A stretch of DNA of 63,998 nucleotides, filler included, from Olpidium bornovanus S191 (taxonomy: Eukaryota; Fungi; Olpidiomycota): assembly GCA_017911155.1 (NCBI GenBank). It is 32 parts of 32 records of this genome, joined end to end, with 100 filler letters (N's around TTAATTAATTAA, not from the genome) between each part and the next. Parts side by side here need not be neighbours in the genome. Positions count along the whole stretch, not along the records: positions 47,316 to 49,854 come from JAEFCI010010321.1; positions 49,955 to 51,884 come from JAEFCI010005092.1; positions 51,985 to 55,254 come from JAEFCI010000430.1; positions 55,355 to 57,117 come from JAEFCI010011791.1; positions 57,218 to 59,109 come from JAEFCI010006630.1; 27 more parts are not named here. One strand, written 5' to 3'. A program made the position numbers and the translations under genes. Within the stretch, counting starts at the first letter, position 1; every line of letters begins with the position of its first letter. Shown here piece by piece: positions 47,317 to 59,209 of the stretch. The notes under the pieces were generated by a model. That model had not been told where the DNA came from, did not search any database, and saw nothing but the letters and a program-made list of their open reading frames with translations.

Positions 47317-49095
47317 ATGCGTCTAGATTATAATCGGGCGGATGGCACTACTGATCAGTCATCAGGGAAAGCCGAATTCGCTATGCCTCTCGGTCTTCGG
47401 CGAAGTTCTCGTGGTCGCCTTCGTCGCGAATCTCTCCAGCAACGAGGCCGTCCTGGTGGGTCTTCCGGTTCCGTGTTTCTGACGCCGCCTGTTGATAGTC
47501 AACCCCCGGACCACACGACAACAACGTACACCTCGGCTGGGCCACCGAGAGCACAGGGGATATTGCCGTCGGTCGGCCCTTACAGCGAACGTTACGCGAG
47601 ACTTGCCGGGGACGAAGTGGGCCGCTCCGCGAGCGGCGAAGACCTTCGCGTCCCCGAAAGAGCGTGTAGTGAAGACGAAGCTCTCGCGCCATGGCGAATG
47701 GCAGCTATGGATAAGGCAGCGACGTCCGTCCAGCGAGGTGGGATTTTGACTGAAATCGTGATTGGCGCCGATGGAGAGGTCATTGTCCTTGGCTCCTCTG
47801 GCGGAAAACGCCATCGTGCGTTGAGTTCCGACAGCGCGCTGTGCGGCGTCGGTGTCGTGAACTCGCCGTCGGGGCTGAAACCGACGGAAGAGGCATGCGA
47901 AGAAGAGTTTGGAACAAAGGCGGCGGCTCGTCGGGATGCCGTTGTTTCCTGCGCTGCTTGCGACCCGGCCGCAGACAAACCACCTGGTTTGCTGCAGGTC
48001 AGTTCCTCGAGTGCGGCGGCTGGCCCCTCAGAACCTGTCGCGCCCTCTGGAACCGTACGGTTCCCCGGGGAGTGCACGGCGTCACTCCAGCAGAGCAGCG
48101 GAAACTCACTCGGCTCCCAGGCGAAGCAGCTGCTCCAAACATCCGCGAAGAAGCAGGTGCTCTCTTTGGCGCGCCAGTGCACGATTCACAAGTTGTCGTC
48201 GGTATTCTCGTTGTTATTTCGAGATCAGAGTGAGAAACGACTGGCGCAGAACAAGAAGTCCGCCTCTTGTTCCAAGCCACAGCGCTCGACGTCTCTGCGC
48301 TCGGCATCTCTGCCGCCGACCGCGCCACGAACACCCAACGGTGCCGCGGCCGGCCCGACTTTCGCGCGAAATCCCGTCGCCAACGCATCCCCGCAGCCGC
48401 CCAAGGCCTTGCCGGGCTCCGCGAGATCGGTGCCAGGGTCCAACGCCTGGAAAGAGAAACCCCGGAAAAAGGCCAAATCGCTTTCCAGCTTTTTCTCGGC
48501 GCGCGCGGCGAAGTCGTCAAAGTCAATCGGGGCGGACAAGCGGAACCGCGCGTGGTTCTCGTCCGCGCCGCTGCCGCCCGAAACCTGCTCACCGGCGCCG
48601 GAGGCGCCGCCGCGGCAACCGCAAAATCAGCCGCCGGCCGGCGAGCTCCTGTCGCAGGATGCGGCCGCCGCCGCCGAGCGAACGTTCGTCGGAGAGCAGA
48701 CGGTGACCTACGCCAACCGGTATCCGGTTCACCTGGAGCGGGCGATCTACCGCCTGTCGCACGCGAAGCTGGCCAACCCCCGACGGCCACTGGTACACCA
48801 GGTTCTCATCTCGAACATGATGTTCTGGTACCTCGCTCTCGTCGCGCGGCAGCAGCAGCTCATGCAACAGCAACGAAACCTCTTTTGCCAGCAGGAGCAC
48901 TGCCAGAAGCAGCAGCAGCATTGCGATCTCAAGGCGGACCACGAGGACGGCAGCGTGGACGACGAGTGTTCAACCTACGGGGACGAGTCCGAGCTCGAGG
49001 AGCGGCGGCGCTGCATGAAAGCGCGGAAGAAGGCGGAGAAGAAGTTGGCCAAGAAGATTGCGAAAGAGACCAGAAAGAAGGACGTCAGCGTGTGA
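47317..49095 (+). CDS. ZDS1: Zds1-like protein (Zds_C domain; PP2A-Cdc55 regulator in yeasts); 5' end may be missing
   Basis: RYPVHLERAIYRLSHAKLANPRRPLVHQVLISNMMFWYL matches the fungal Zds_C motif; the rest is disordered. Confidence 0.85.
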   Translation: MRLDYNRADGTTDQSSGKAEFAMPLGLRRSSRGRLRRESLQQRGRPGGSSGSVFLTPPVDSQPPDHTTTTYTSAGPPRAQGILPSVGPYSERYARLAGDEVGRSASGEDLRVPERACSEDEALAPWRMAAMDKAATSVQRGGILTEIVIGADGEVIVLGSSGGKRHRALSSDSALCGVGVVNSPSGLKPTEEACEEEFGTKAAARRDAVVSCAACDPAADKPPGLLQVSSSSAAAGPSEPVAPSGTVRFPGECTASLQQSSGNSLGSQAKQLLQTSAKKQVLSLARQCTIHKLSSVFSLLFRDQSEKRLAQNKKSASCSKPQRSTSLRSASLPPTAPRTPNGAAAGPTFARNPVANASPQPPKALPGSARSVPGSNAWKEKPRKKAKSLSSFFSARAAKSSKSIGADKRNRAWFSSAPLPPETCSPAPEAPPRQPQNQPPAGELLSQDAAAAAERTFVGEQTVTYANRYPVHLERAIYRLSHAKLANPRRPLVHQVLISNMMFWYLALVARQQQLMQQQRNLFCQQEHCQKQQQHCDLKADHEDGSVDDECSTYGDESELEERRRCMKARKKAEKKLAKKIAKETRKKDVSV

Positions 49096-49515
49096 AAAAA
49101 AAAGCCGGTTTGGCATCGACATTTTTTATTTAGCGCATGTTTCCCTCCCCCCCTTGCGCATGTTTCCCATCCCCTCCCCTACTCCACCTCTCCCACTAAT
49201 TCACTCCTGGCCTCCAAGTAACGGGCTAATGCTAATTCTTGCTGTTCCCCCGATGGCGCCACCTCCCCATTTCCCACACCCTCGCATCCTTTGCGAAAGT
49301 ATTCCCGATGCGCATAGCAAGCACTCGCTTCTTCCGTCCCCAATCCTGTCCATATATCCGATACCCGGGTAACTTCACGTTTGCCAAATTAGTGTAATTC
49401 CAGGCAAAAAGCTCGTGCTTTGTGCCATAAGAGTGTTAGCCATTAACCGGATGCCCAGTTCGAAACGGTGGTGTATGTGTGTTTTGAAATGAAGCCCTTT
49501 TTGTTTTTGTTTTTT

Positions 49516-49560
49516 TGTTGTTGTTGTTGTTGTTGTTTTTGTTGTTGTTGTATTATTGTT
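49516..49560. repeat. (TTG)n microsatellite downstream of the Zds1-like gene
   Basis: Direct reading: ttgttgttgttgttgttgttg... Confidence 0.85.
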
Positions 49561-50686
49561 TTGAGCGACTTTTTGGGTCCGGAGGGCATTCGGGCTCCCC
49601 TCTGAGGTTGTCGGGAGACGACAACGTTCACGCTGCTATGCTGCCTTTTTCCACAACAGACCAACCGAGGTTCAAGCGCGACCGGCGTTCACACCGCGAA
49701 CTGTGAGTTGGCGGGCTGCAGCGCCCGTCTTATCGTCGTTGGGCGGGACTCCCGGCAGGCTTGGCAGCGTCATCTCGCCCGGTAAGCGCCGTCAGGCGCC
49801 GAAGCGGAAGAGAGAGGGAGAGAGCGAGAGAGAAAGAGAGAGAGCCCGGACATGNNNNNNNNNNNNNNNNNNNNNNNNNNNNNNNNNNNNNNNNNNNNTT
49901 AATTAATTAANNNNNNNNNNNNNNNNNNNNNNNNNNNNNNNNNNNNNNNNNNNNAACTATGGATTTGCGCTTTATTCAAGAGTTGGGAGTCGAGTCACTA
50001 TTGACGGCTCGACCGTTGCACCAATTATGGAGGAAAAAAACGAATCTAACGGAAGTGCAATGATGATTGTGCATGTGACTACCCGCAAGGGACACAGCCA
50101 GCGGCGTGCTGACAACCCCTTCCCAAAATCAAGCTGCGTCAATCTCCGCGTAAATCCCAGACTTGCAGTTCTGTAGCCTTCCTTGCCGGCGCGGTTTTTT
50201 CTCGTCACAAGGTTTCGTAGCTTCTGCGCTTAGGGAGGAGTGTCGTACCAGTCGCCCCTTGCTCTTGGGGAGGAGTGCCGTACCAACCGCCCCCTTTTCC
50301 CTCCCCCTCGTCCGCAGCACGAAGACAGAGAGACGTGCACGGGAAATCCAAAGTAGGACCGCGATTTGGCGCCCCAGCGGCAGAGTGCCGGCAGGTTGAG
50401 CCGACGGACTGTGTGAGCGCACGCGTGCCAGAGAGCCTCTTTTCCTCCGCCGCGGGATGTGACGGTTTGTTGTAGGGGGCGGAACCAGCCCGCGCGCTCT
50501 CTGTGGGGGGGGGGGGGAGGATAGAGGGAGGACGGCGCTTTTCACGCCCGCCCGCACGCACTCAACCCCCGCGCGCACGCACCCGCTCCGGAAACGCAAA
50601 CGCCCTTCCCCGCCCACCCCAAGGAACGCCCGCCGCATCTCAGAGCGAGAGGGAAAGAAAGAAACCCCGACGGGGGCCCAGCCGCC

Positions 50687-50911
50687 ATGTCCCGGTGAGA
50701 AGGCGGGGAAGGGGCCGGGCCGGGCAGAACGGGAGGGGAGGCGGCGGGGGTGTGCGTGGGGGAGAGAGAGTGAGGGCGAACAGGGGGGAAGGTGTGGGGG
50801 CGGGGGGAGAGACGGAGAACGGGGAGGAGGACGGCAAGAGAGTGAGAGAGAACGAGAGAGAAAGAGTAGGGGCAGAGTGGGGAAGAGCGAGAGGTAGAGA
50901 AAGAGAGAGAG

Positions 50912-50962
<51 letters not shown>

Positions 50963-51884
50963 AGAGAAACGAAGGGCGAGAGAAGCAAGATCTCCGCTCC
51001 CACTGTGGCACTGAGCGCTTTTCGCCGTCGGCCGTTCATTGGGCGTCGTGCATCGAGCGTGTGAACAGGCTGGTCGGTCCGGCCCTCGGTAGACAGAGCC
51101 GGCACAAATGTGGTTTCATTCCGTCGCAGACGATCTTTCCTTTCTCACTCTGATGCCGCGGCAACAGATTCGTCAGAGTGTCGAAATTCCGACACGTTTT
51201 CGGCACCGCGGCCAAGCGTGAGGTCTGCTACGATAACCTTAGAACTTCGATCAACGCTTGGGACAGCAACTACTGTTCGGCGAACCCGGTAATTAGCAGA
51301 TCAGCCCGAATGAGGACGGGAATTTGAGCGGAGGTCAAAAAGTGACAGCCGGTGCCGTGGGACCGGAGTTGGGTGGAAGTGGGGGGGAGCCGTTTTCTGG
51401 GGACCGGCAACGACGTTCCCCCTTTCCGGTCGAAAACTGGATAGGGGTCGCAGTAGAGGGCGGGCTTGTGCACACCCGCCGCAGTCGCTGATCACACCGT
51501 GCCGTGCAACGAACGCGTTTTCCAGCGCTTCATTGCCTTGAACTGGAACGCCGGAGGCGGCGGTGCCTTTGCAGTCATACCACAGCAGGCAGTGGGTGAG
51601 CACGCCATACCCCCGGCACCCGATCACGCGAGTGTCGTTTGAGTGGTGTGGAGGATGCGTGCAGGGGGCGGAGCCCAGAGGAGCGAAATTGTTGCCGGAC
51701 GATGAGAAAAAGGTGCCTCAGCGGGTTGTTAAATCTTTTGCTTCAATAATCTCTCCGTCGAACAGGCAAATTACCAGACAACTATCCTCTATTCTGTGGT
51801 CATACGGCCGCCGTTCTCGATACCGACTTTGCTCGTTTCAATGATCACGTAATCGCCTCGGCTTCCGAGGACTCGAAAGTCATG
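50687..51884 (+). CDS. CRN1: Coronin, N-terminal part
   Basis: ATGTCCCG|GTGAGA...CAG|A gives MSRFVRVSKFRHVFG...AWDSNYCSANP|RFIALNWNAGGGGAFAVIP|GKLPDNYPLFCGHTAAVLDTDF...IASASEDSKVM. Confidence 0.93.
50897..50966. repeat. (GA)n-rich tract in coronin intron 1
   Basis: Direct reading; lies within intron 50695-51167. Confidence 0.85.
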
Positions 51885-52272
51885 NNNNNNNNNNNNNNNN
51901 NNNNNNNNNNNNNNNNNNNNNNNNNNNNTTAATTAATTAANNNNNNNNNNNNNNNNNNNNNNNNNNNNNNNNNNNNNNNNNNNNCATGCGACCCGGCCCC
52001 ACTTTTCCCGCTCGGGCTTCCCCGTTTTGGCAGAGGTGAGCGAGTGAGAAAGAAAGAAGAGAGCGAGAGGACAGCGCTGTCTCTGATTCCAGACGGCCCA
52101 GTCCGCCCGGTAGCCCCGCCGTTTCCTCGCAGCAGCAGCTGTGATATTCAGGTGGTCGGCCAGGGAAGAGGCGCGCCTTGGAAATTGCCTTCTTGGCCCG
52201 TCCTACGCCTCTCTGGCCCACACATACGGGTCCGCGCTGGACGCGAGGAAAGGGGAGAGGTCACCTCTCGGA

Positions 52273-53355
52273 ATGCTGTCCAGGCTGTTGCGCGACCACA
52301 GCGCCCACAAGGCGGACACAAAACGCCAGAACGGTGGGGCGCCGAGACGTTAAATTTCCCCTCTACACGCGGCCCCTTTTTTTTTCTTTATTATTATTAT
52401 TATTCTGTGCCGCGTTGAGGAGCGGCGCAACCTCCTCCCCCGCGATCAAGGCAGGCCCTCAACTGCCAATGTCCCCACCCCATCTTTTTTTCTTTTCTCT
52501 TCGCACCTCTGCTGCGGGAAATATTTCAGTTCTGCTGAGAAAGGAGGCCGCCAAAGCCACCGACGACTTCACCCAATGCTTCAACCAGGTCCTCAGCGAG
52601 AGGTGTGACCAGTGCGCGCGAACGACGGTGGCAGCCTTTTTTTCTATTTCTTTTTTTTTTCTTGAACCACCGCACTGAACGAGTCCCGAAACGCTGTTTC
52701 TCGTGGTCGGCCGAAACACACGTTTTATTTCTTTGTAATATAACATATACGGGTATACTAAAGGAACACGAAACGGCAAATATTTCCGGGTGTGCTTCTT
52801 TTCGCTTTCTTGCCGTTCCGGCGAACTACAAAAAAAAAAAAAAAAAAAAAAAATGCGCACGCACAGAATCGCCGTCGTTTTCGGGAACCAGCGCAATCTC
52901 GAGCGGGAAGCCAAGGAGCTTACTGAGGAGACGAAGCGGTTTATGAAGCAGACCAAGAAGTGGCTGGAAATGGTCGAGGGCATGAACACTTCTCTGAAGG
53001 TACTAATACCCCTTGTTTGTGCGGCATACTGAAATTTAGAAAGATTCGCTAAAGAAGAATTGCCTTCGCGCGGCTTGACTATTTTTTTTGCCCTGTATAA
53101 AATTTCTTGCAGGAGCTCGGCGACGTAGAGCACTGGAGCCGGATCATGGAAAGCGATATGGGAGAAATTGCCGACACGCTGGAGTTGGCTGGCAGGTAAC
53201 GTTCTCCGTCTTCTTTTTTGTTTTGGAGGGAAAAGGGGTGGACGCGGCTTGCTGCTTGAAAAAGAAAAAAAAGGAAACGCGGTTGAATCTTTCTGCCTCC
53301 CGGTTCCCGGCTTTGCCTTGGCGGCGAGCTTCGAAATGGATTTTTGCACAGGTAG
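52273..53355 (+). CDS. BLOC1S1: BLOC-1/BORC subunit 1 (BLOS1/GCN5L1), apparently complete
   Basis: MLSRLLRDH..., RKEAAKATDDFT, NQRNLEREAKEL...KQTKKWLEMVEGMNTSLK|ELGDVEHWSRIMESDMGEIADTLE. Closely follows the animal BLOS1 motif order. Confidence 0.9.
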
Positions 53356-53889
53356 CGCAAATCCGTCCGTTTGGAGACGACCTTTTTCGTCAGGAGCATC
53401 CAGAATTAAGTTTTTTTTTCCCCGAAGAAAGTAAAGCGGCTGGGGGGGAGATGGGGGGAAAGGGGGGAAAGGGGTGGTTAGATGACGGTCGAGCATGATT
53501 CGACGCAAGAGCCTCTGTGGGCTGATTTTGCGGTTCAGCTATGAATTTGCTGGCCTGCGGCATTTCGACGATTTCGCCGTGTTCCGCTTGACTGCCGTTG
53601 CGGTTCAGGGTCTTGAAACTTTCTAGCAGAGCGAGGCAAAATCGCAAGCGATCTTGCGTCAGGACGATGCGGCCTCTTTCGCAAGAGATCCGCTTAAATC
53701 GGTCCTTCAGGTCCTGCCCGCGTAGGGCCTTGCCCGCAAAACCCAGGAGAGGACGCATCGCATGCAGCTTCGGCAAAGAGGCACCTCGGCACCCAATACC
53801 CCGAAATTCCTTACTGAAAATTGCCACCTCCCTTGGAAGGTAGGGTGTAGAACCGCCTCAGCCATCGTTGGGGTTTCTACTGGTACGCG

Positions 53890-55254
53890 TTGTTCCCAGC
53901 TACCGTCGGCATCGCACGTAAAAGCGAAGGTGGTGGGGGATGCGCCGCGTAGCAAAGGCTAGACGTAGAGGTAGTGCTGCCTGTCGTTTTGACACCCGTT
54001 GTCTCGACACCGTACCTTAAACGCTTTTCCTCGAAGAGCCCGTTGAAGTGCTTTTCGACGGATTGGCCGGTGACAACGGACGTGCTTTCCGTAGCGCCTG
54101 TATCGCCCGTACCGACTTTATACCCAAGCGCTCTCTGTAGCGCCTGTGACGACTTCGCTTTGATGTGCCCATCGAAGCGCCCGCCCCGGTGGGCTGGACG
54201 GCTTCCCCGGGGGGGAGGGGGGGGTAGAATGAAGAATGTAGACGGTTTTTCGGGGTACGGAAGAGCTCTGCCGGGGCTGTATTTTCTGCCGCCTTTCGTT
54301 TACTCTACATGTGTACGGGAAGGGGAACTACAGTCTAGGGGCGGAGAGTGGGCAGTGCCCCGTTGACTTTGCCTCCCCCTTTCCAACACCCCGCCTCACT
54401 GGGGACGCCATCGCCCATGGTCATCTATAAATTCTATAAATCGCCCCAAAGTGCCTTTGGTACCGTAATCTTGAGGCGGTTTCTCGTTTGCGCTTCCAGA
54501 GGTGGTTCACCCAATACTTGCCCGCATGCCGATTTGACCGCGAAATTTTGCGAACTTCCAGCGGTCCAATGGTTTGGTGAAGATTTCAGCCGGGTTTTCG
54601 GCCGTTCCAACGCGGCAGATCCTGATGCTCCCTTCCGCCGTGCACCAGCGGAGATGGTGAAAGCGAATGTCTATGTGTTTGGACCTCTTGGATATATTGT
54701 GGTCTGAGGCCAACTCAGCCGCACCGGTGTTGTCTATCATCAGCCTGGTGGGCCCGACCACCACCTGCGGATCGATTGCCTTGAGGAGGGAGTGAAGCCA
54801 TTTGACCTCCTGTGCCGCTGCCGACCCGGCGACAAACTCGGCTTCGCAGGAGGAGGTGGAGACGCATTTTTGCCTTGCGGATTTCCACGATACCACGCCT
54901 CCCGCGAGTCGGATTATTATCCCGGTCGTGGATGCCCTCGTAATGCGACATCCTGCCCAGTCTGAATCGCTGAATGCTGCGAGCTCATCGTCGCCCGAGT
55001 CCGGTCCATTGAACCACAGGCTGAGATCCATGGTTCCAGCGAGGTAACACATAACTTGTTTAATTGCTCCCCAGTGCCTTTCTGTCGGCGCACTCATGAA
55101 GCGTGCCAGGAAAGACGTGGTGAATGCCAGATCGGGTCTTGTCATGGTCGACAGCCACATCAATGATTCAATGGCTTTCGCGTAGCCCTTTTCGATCTTC
55201 GGGTCCCGGCTCGATCCGTATTCCGCAGTCAGTGCCTCCAGCGCGCCAGCTTCC
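53890..55254 (-). mobile_element. 3' end of a Ty1/copia retrotransposon: RT C-terminus, RNase H, PPT and 3' LTR
   Basis: Uninterrupted ORF 54507..55163 (TRPDLAF, FSDSDWAG, SWKSARQ, STSSCEAEF, IDNTGA, KHIDIRFH). PPT AGTGAGGCGGGG (54389-54400) directly precedes TGTTGG at 54388. TATAAA near 54115-54121. The LTR distal end is uncertain (53890-53990). Confidence 0.9.
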
Positions 55255-55354
55255 NNNNNNNNNNNNNNNNNNNNNNNNNNNNNNNNNNNNNNNNNNNNTT
55301 AATTAATTAANNNNNNNNNNNNNNNNNNNNNNNNNNNNNNNNNNNNNNNNNNNN

Positions 55355-56487
55355 CATGTTCTGGATCAGGTGGGCGAGCAGCCAGAAGGCCTCCTCTTCC
55401 GGCACGAACAGGAGCATCATCCCGCAGATGAAGTTCAACGACTGGCAGTAGCCGACCGCGGGCACGTGCAGCGCCAGGGCCCGCAGGACCCGGCGCAGCG
55501 ACTGGATGGCGGCGACGCCCGAAGTGTCCGGCGAGCCCGCTCCCCCGCTGGCCACGCTAGAAGAACGGAATTTGATGTTCTCCGGGAACGTGCGATGGAG
55601 GTCTGCGAACTTTTCAGCGCGCGGGCCAAGCCTTTTTTCAACTTCGGGGTAGCTAGGCGGGGAGATCAGAAGGCGAAATAATAATAATAATAATAAAAAA
55701 AAAAAAAAAAAAAAAAGGAAAAAAAAAAAACGGGGGGGAAAAGCGCGGCAAACCTTTTTCTATCTGCTCGAATATCGGCGCCGTGATTTTCGTCTTGAAG
55801 GCCGCCAGGGACATCAGCTCTTGATAGCGGCCCGGATTCTGTCGCATGAGGCGGCCCGCCCCGCTGTAGTGGAGCCAGAACTGTTTCCGTGGCCGCGTTC
55901 GATGGATGCGTAACGCACAGTTTCGGACGTTTCAGACTCCGTCGGATCGTGCCCCCGGCCCCACCCGGGTAACCCGACTTTGCATCACCGGGGAGACTTT
56001 TCGGCTGGGCGAATTTTTCGGAAACGCACCTTCCCTCGCAAATGAGCAGGTACGCCTTTCCTCACGTAACGCTTTACTGGCCGGGGGAGAGCCAACGGGA
56101 AAAAAAAAAGGAAAAAGAAGATTAAAATAAGAAAGAAAACAAATCAAAGTACAAATTAAGCGGAGCCGGCGTTCGGAAACGTCAGCGAAAGGCCGATACC
56201 GGCCACCCCTCCCGCGCGCTCGCGCCAAGCTTGAGAAATTCGATCGAACCTTTAGGGGACGGCAGAGGCCACAAGCCGCCGCTTTCCTGCAGCAGCGCGT
56301 CCCATTTTGCCTTGCGGGCGGCCACTATCGGGGCGTAGCGCTTCTCGAAATCTCGCCACATCTCCTCGGACACATGCGCCGACTTCTTTTCGAACCCGTA
56401 AGCGTCCCTGACGGAGCGGGAATACAGAACCGGACGGAACCTTTTCGTTCGAATTTCCACTGGAACAGAATTCTGCGCTTCCCCCCC

Positions 56488-56524
<37 letters not shown>

Positions 56525-57000
56525 CCCCCTCCCCTCCCTCTTCTCCCTCCCCTTCTGGGCCCACACCCACGATTGCGATCCCAGGGGAAAGAAGCGTACC
56601 GCTCGACGGCGTCGACAGCGGGCGCCGCCGCTTGAGAGGCGCCGGCGAGGCCCTGGAGGTGCGGGTATGCCTGCTGCCGCCACCGCTGCTGCTGCTGCAA
56701 AATCTGGTTGTGACAGGTGAGGCTCGCGTTGCGCGGCCGTGTCCTGCCCTGCGGCAGCTGGGCGCCCGCATCCGATGATCCCTCGGCCGTCCTGTCCCTC
56801 GCGGGAGGGGCGATGGTGTGGAAGTCGGAGAACGAGCTGCTCTTTCTCAGGTGCCCCGGCCTTCGGACCGCGTCGGACGGCGGCAGCCAGGCGTCGACGG
56901 CGGCGTCGCTGACGCCGCCGCGGATCGAACCGTCGCGGGGCGGGGGCCGGAACAGCACACCCCTGACGGCGTCGCCGCGGTCCTCTTCCTCAACTTCATG
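55355..57000 (-). CDS. TBC-domain Rab GTPase-activating protein (Msb3/4- or GRTP1-like), partial
   Basis: RDAYGFEK...KWDALL, KRYVRKGVPAHLRGK, WLHYSGA, QIEK|DLHRTFPEN (Arg finger), LRRVLRA...VGYCQSLNFICG (Gln finger), EEEAFWLL. Confidence 0.9.
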
Positions 57001-57087
57001 ACCCCGCTGCACTGGGCGGCGGACCGAGGGAACTTCGCCCTCGTTAAGGAGCTGGTGGAAACCGCCCGAGCGGACGTGAACGCGAGG
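56998..57087 (+). CDS. Ankyrin-repeat exon fragment
   Basis: MTPLHWAADRGNFALVKELVETARADVNAR fits the ankyrin consensus and is followed by a strong GTAAGG donor at 57088. It begins exactly at a CATG. Confidence 0.8.
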
Positions 57088-57344
57088 GTAAGGTGCCGAG
57101 CCCTTTCGGCGAATTCCNNNNNNNNNNNNNNNNNNNNNNNNNNNNNNNNNNNNNNNNNNNNTTAATTAATTAANNNNNNNNNNNNNNNNNNNNNNNNNNN
57201 NNNNNNNNNNNNNNNNNAAGCGCACCACTCAGCGAGGCCAGCCAGCTTCTGCTGTCGAAGGAGAGCATCGACGGCGGGGGCGGTAGCCGGGTTGTGGCGG
57301 TTCGCCTCGAGTCCGACACGGGCAGACGAAGCGGCAGGGGCAGT

Positions 57345-57376
<32 letters not shown>

Positions 57377-57533
57377 GCGGGGGGGGGGGGGGGGGCGGGC
57401 GGAACCTCCCGCCCCTTGCTCTCCGCCCGCCGTCCTTTTGCAGAAGAAACTTCCACCAGAACTGGGAAAGGAACGCGCCGGGGGCCGAGAGGAAGAAGAA
57501 ACCCGAGGCGCTTGCTTGCCGCCCGTGTGGGAC

Positions 57534-58813
57534 ATGGTGCAGAGCTTCACCCCCGCTGGGTTGCGCTACGCGTTCAAGCTGCTGACGAGCCCTCGGCTGT
57601 TTGTGCCGCACCTGGTGGTGGAAGGCGAGTCGGTGCCAAACACACACCCCACACCCGCCAACACGCACACACACACACTCACACACACGGCGGCTTCGGA
57701 GACGAAACAGGATAACGCACACCTCCGCAGCTGACGGCCACGCCCGCCCCCCTGGCAGACATTCGGTGCGTCGCGTTCGACAAACTCAGGAGCTCCGGAG
57801 TCCGGGTTGTTGCCTTCGACAAGGACAACTGCCTGACAGAACCGTACAAAAACGAACTATACCCGCCCTTCAAGGTGGTGGTGGTGGTGGTGGCGGTGAT
57901 GGGAGGCGGGGCTCGCAGCCAAAGACCCCGCCTAGAGCTCCGCGCGAGTCGCAACCTTTGGGCTCATTCCGTTGCTTTTGCGGTCTCCGTCCCATTTGGC
58001 CGTTTCAGCCCGCCTGGGAGTGCTGTCGACGTGTTTTCGGAGCAGACAACGTCGTCATAGTGTCGAATTCGGCTGGGACAAATGACGACCCCGGGTTCGA
58101 ACAGGTAAGTTCGACGGGCGTTCGAGACAGTTCAAGCAGCGTCAAGGTGGCCCAAAGGGGGGCGTGGCTGCTGATCAACAGGTTCGCTCGGCTGCAGGCC
58201 GGCAGGATTGAAACCGCGCTGGGAGTGTCCGTTCTTCGCCATTCGATAAAGGTCTGCGTGTGACTCAGCAGGGACTGAGTTGGCTTGCAGGTTCTCTGAG
58301 CCACGCGCCGAAGCTGAAGTGAGGGCTCCACCGCACATTCGTCAGAAACCAGGATGTGGTGGCGAGCTGTTTGCTCATCTACGCCGCCGGCGACGAAGAA
58401 TGCCAACTCCCGCCGTCGGGCAGCCGGACGTTCCGGCCACGCCGTCTGCCGATGACGCCTCGCTGGAAGACGTCCAGCCGCACGAGGTCACCTTCATCGG
58501 CGACCGCATATTTACGGACGTGGCCTTCGGAAACGCGAACGGCATGGTGACCATCTGGACGCGCCAGGCAATAACGGAGGAAGGGGACAACTTTGTGGCC
58601 AAGATGGTAAAACTGCTCTCACTGTTTACAAAGAAAATTTTACGTCTGAAACTTGCCTTTCGTGATATGAATGGGCTTGTTTTTCAGCTCCGCAGGTTTG
58701 AACATCATCTTTTACGTTTCCTGTTGGCGCGCGAGGTCAGGCCGCCATCACACCGGGTCGTTCCAGAGATGATTTCCAAGTCCTCTTGTCAGAGTCCACC
58801 TGGAAAAGGCTGA
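57534..58813 (+). CDS. GEP4: Mitochondrial phosphatidylglycerophosphatase Gep4 (YqeG-like HAD), apparently complete
   Basis: LFVPHLVVE|DIR, VAFDKDNCLT (HAD motif I), VIVSNSAG, LRHSIK|KPG, FIGDRIFTDVAFGN; stop at 58813. Confidence 0.92.
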
Positions 58814-59209
58814 TTAGCCATATGGTAGAAAATTACCATCTGCAGATCAAGACATTTTGCAATTTTGAAGTAACAATTTACACCAAAGTAAAAGTTGCAT
58901 ATTTGTTGCCTCTCTCTCTTACTGACAATATTGGCGCTCCCATTTGACATTGTCCATCCACCATCTGACGACCACAAATCAATATTATAAAGTAGAACAA
59001 ACTGCCTGACCCCCCTCTTCCCTTCCCTCCGCACACACGCGCGCCGGGCAGCCCGATCGTGAAAAGGCGGCCTGGTATTTTAACTTGACGGGGAGCGGCG
59101 GTTGAAGGGNNNNNNNNNNNNNNNNNNNNNNNNNNNNNNNNNNNNNNNNNNNNTTAATTAATTAANNNNNNNNNNNNNNNNNNNNNNNNNNNNNNNNNNN
59201 NNNNNNNNN

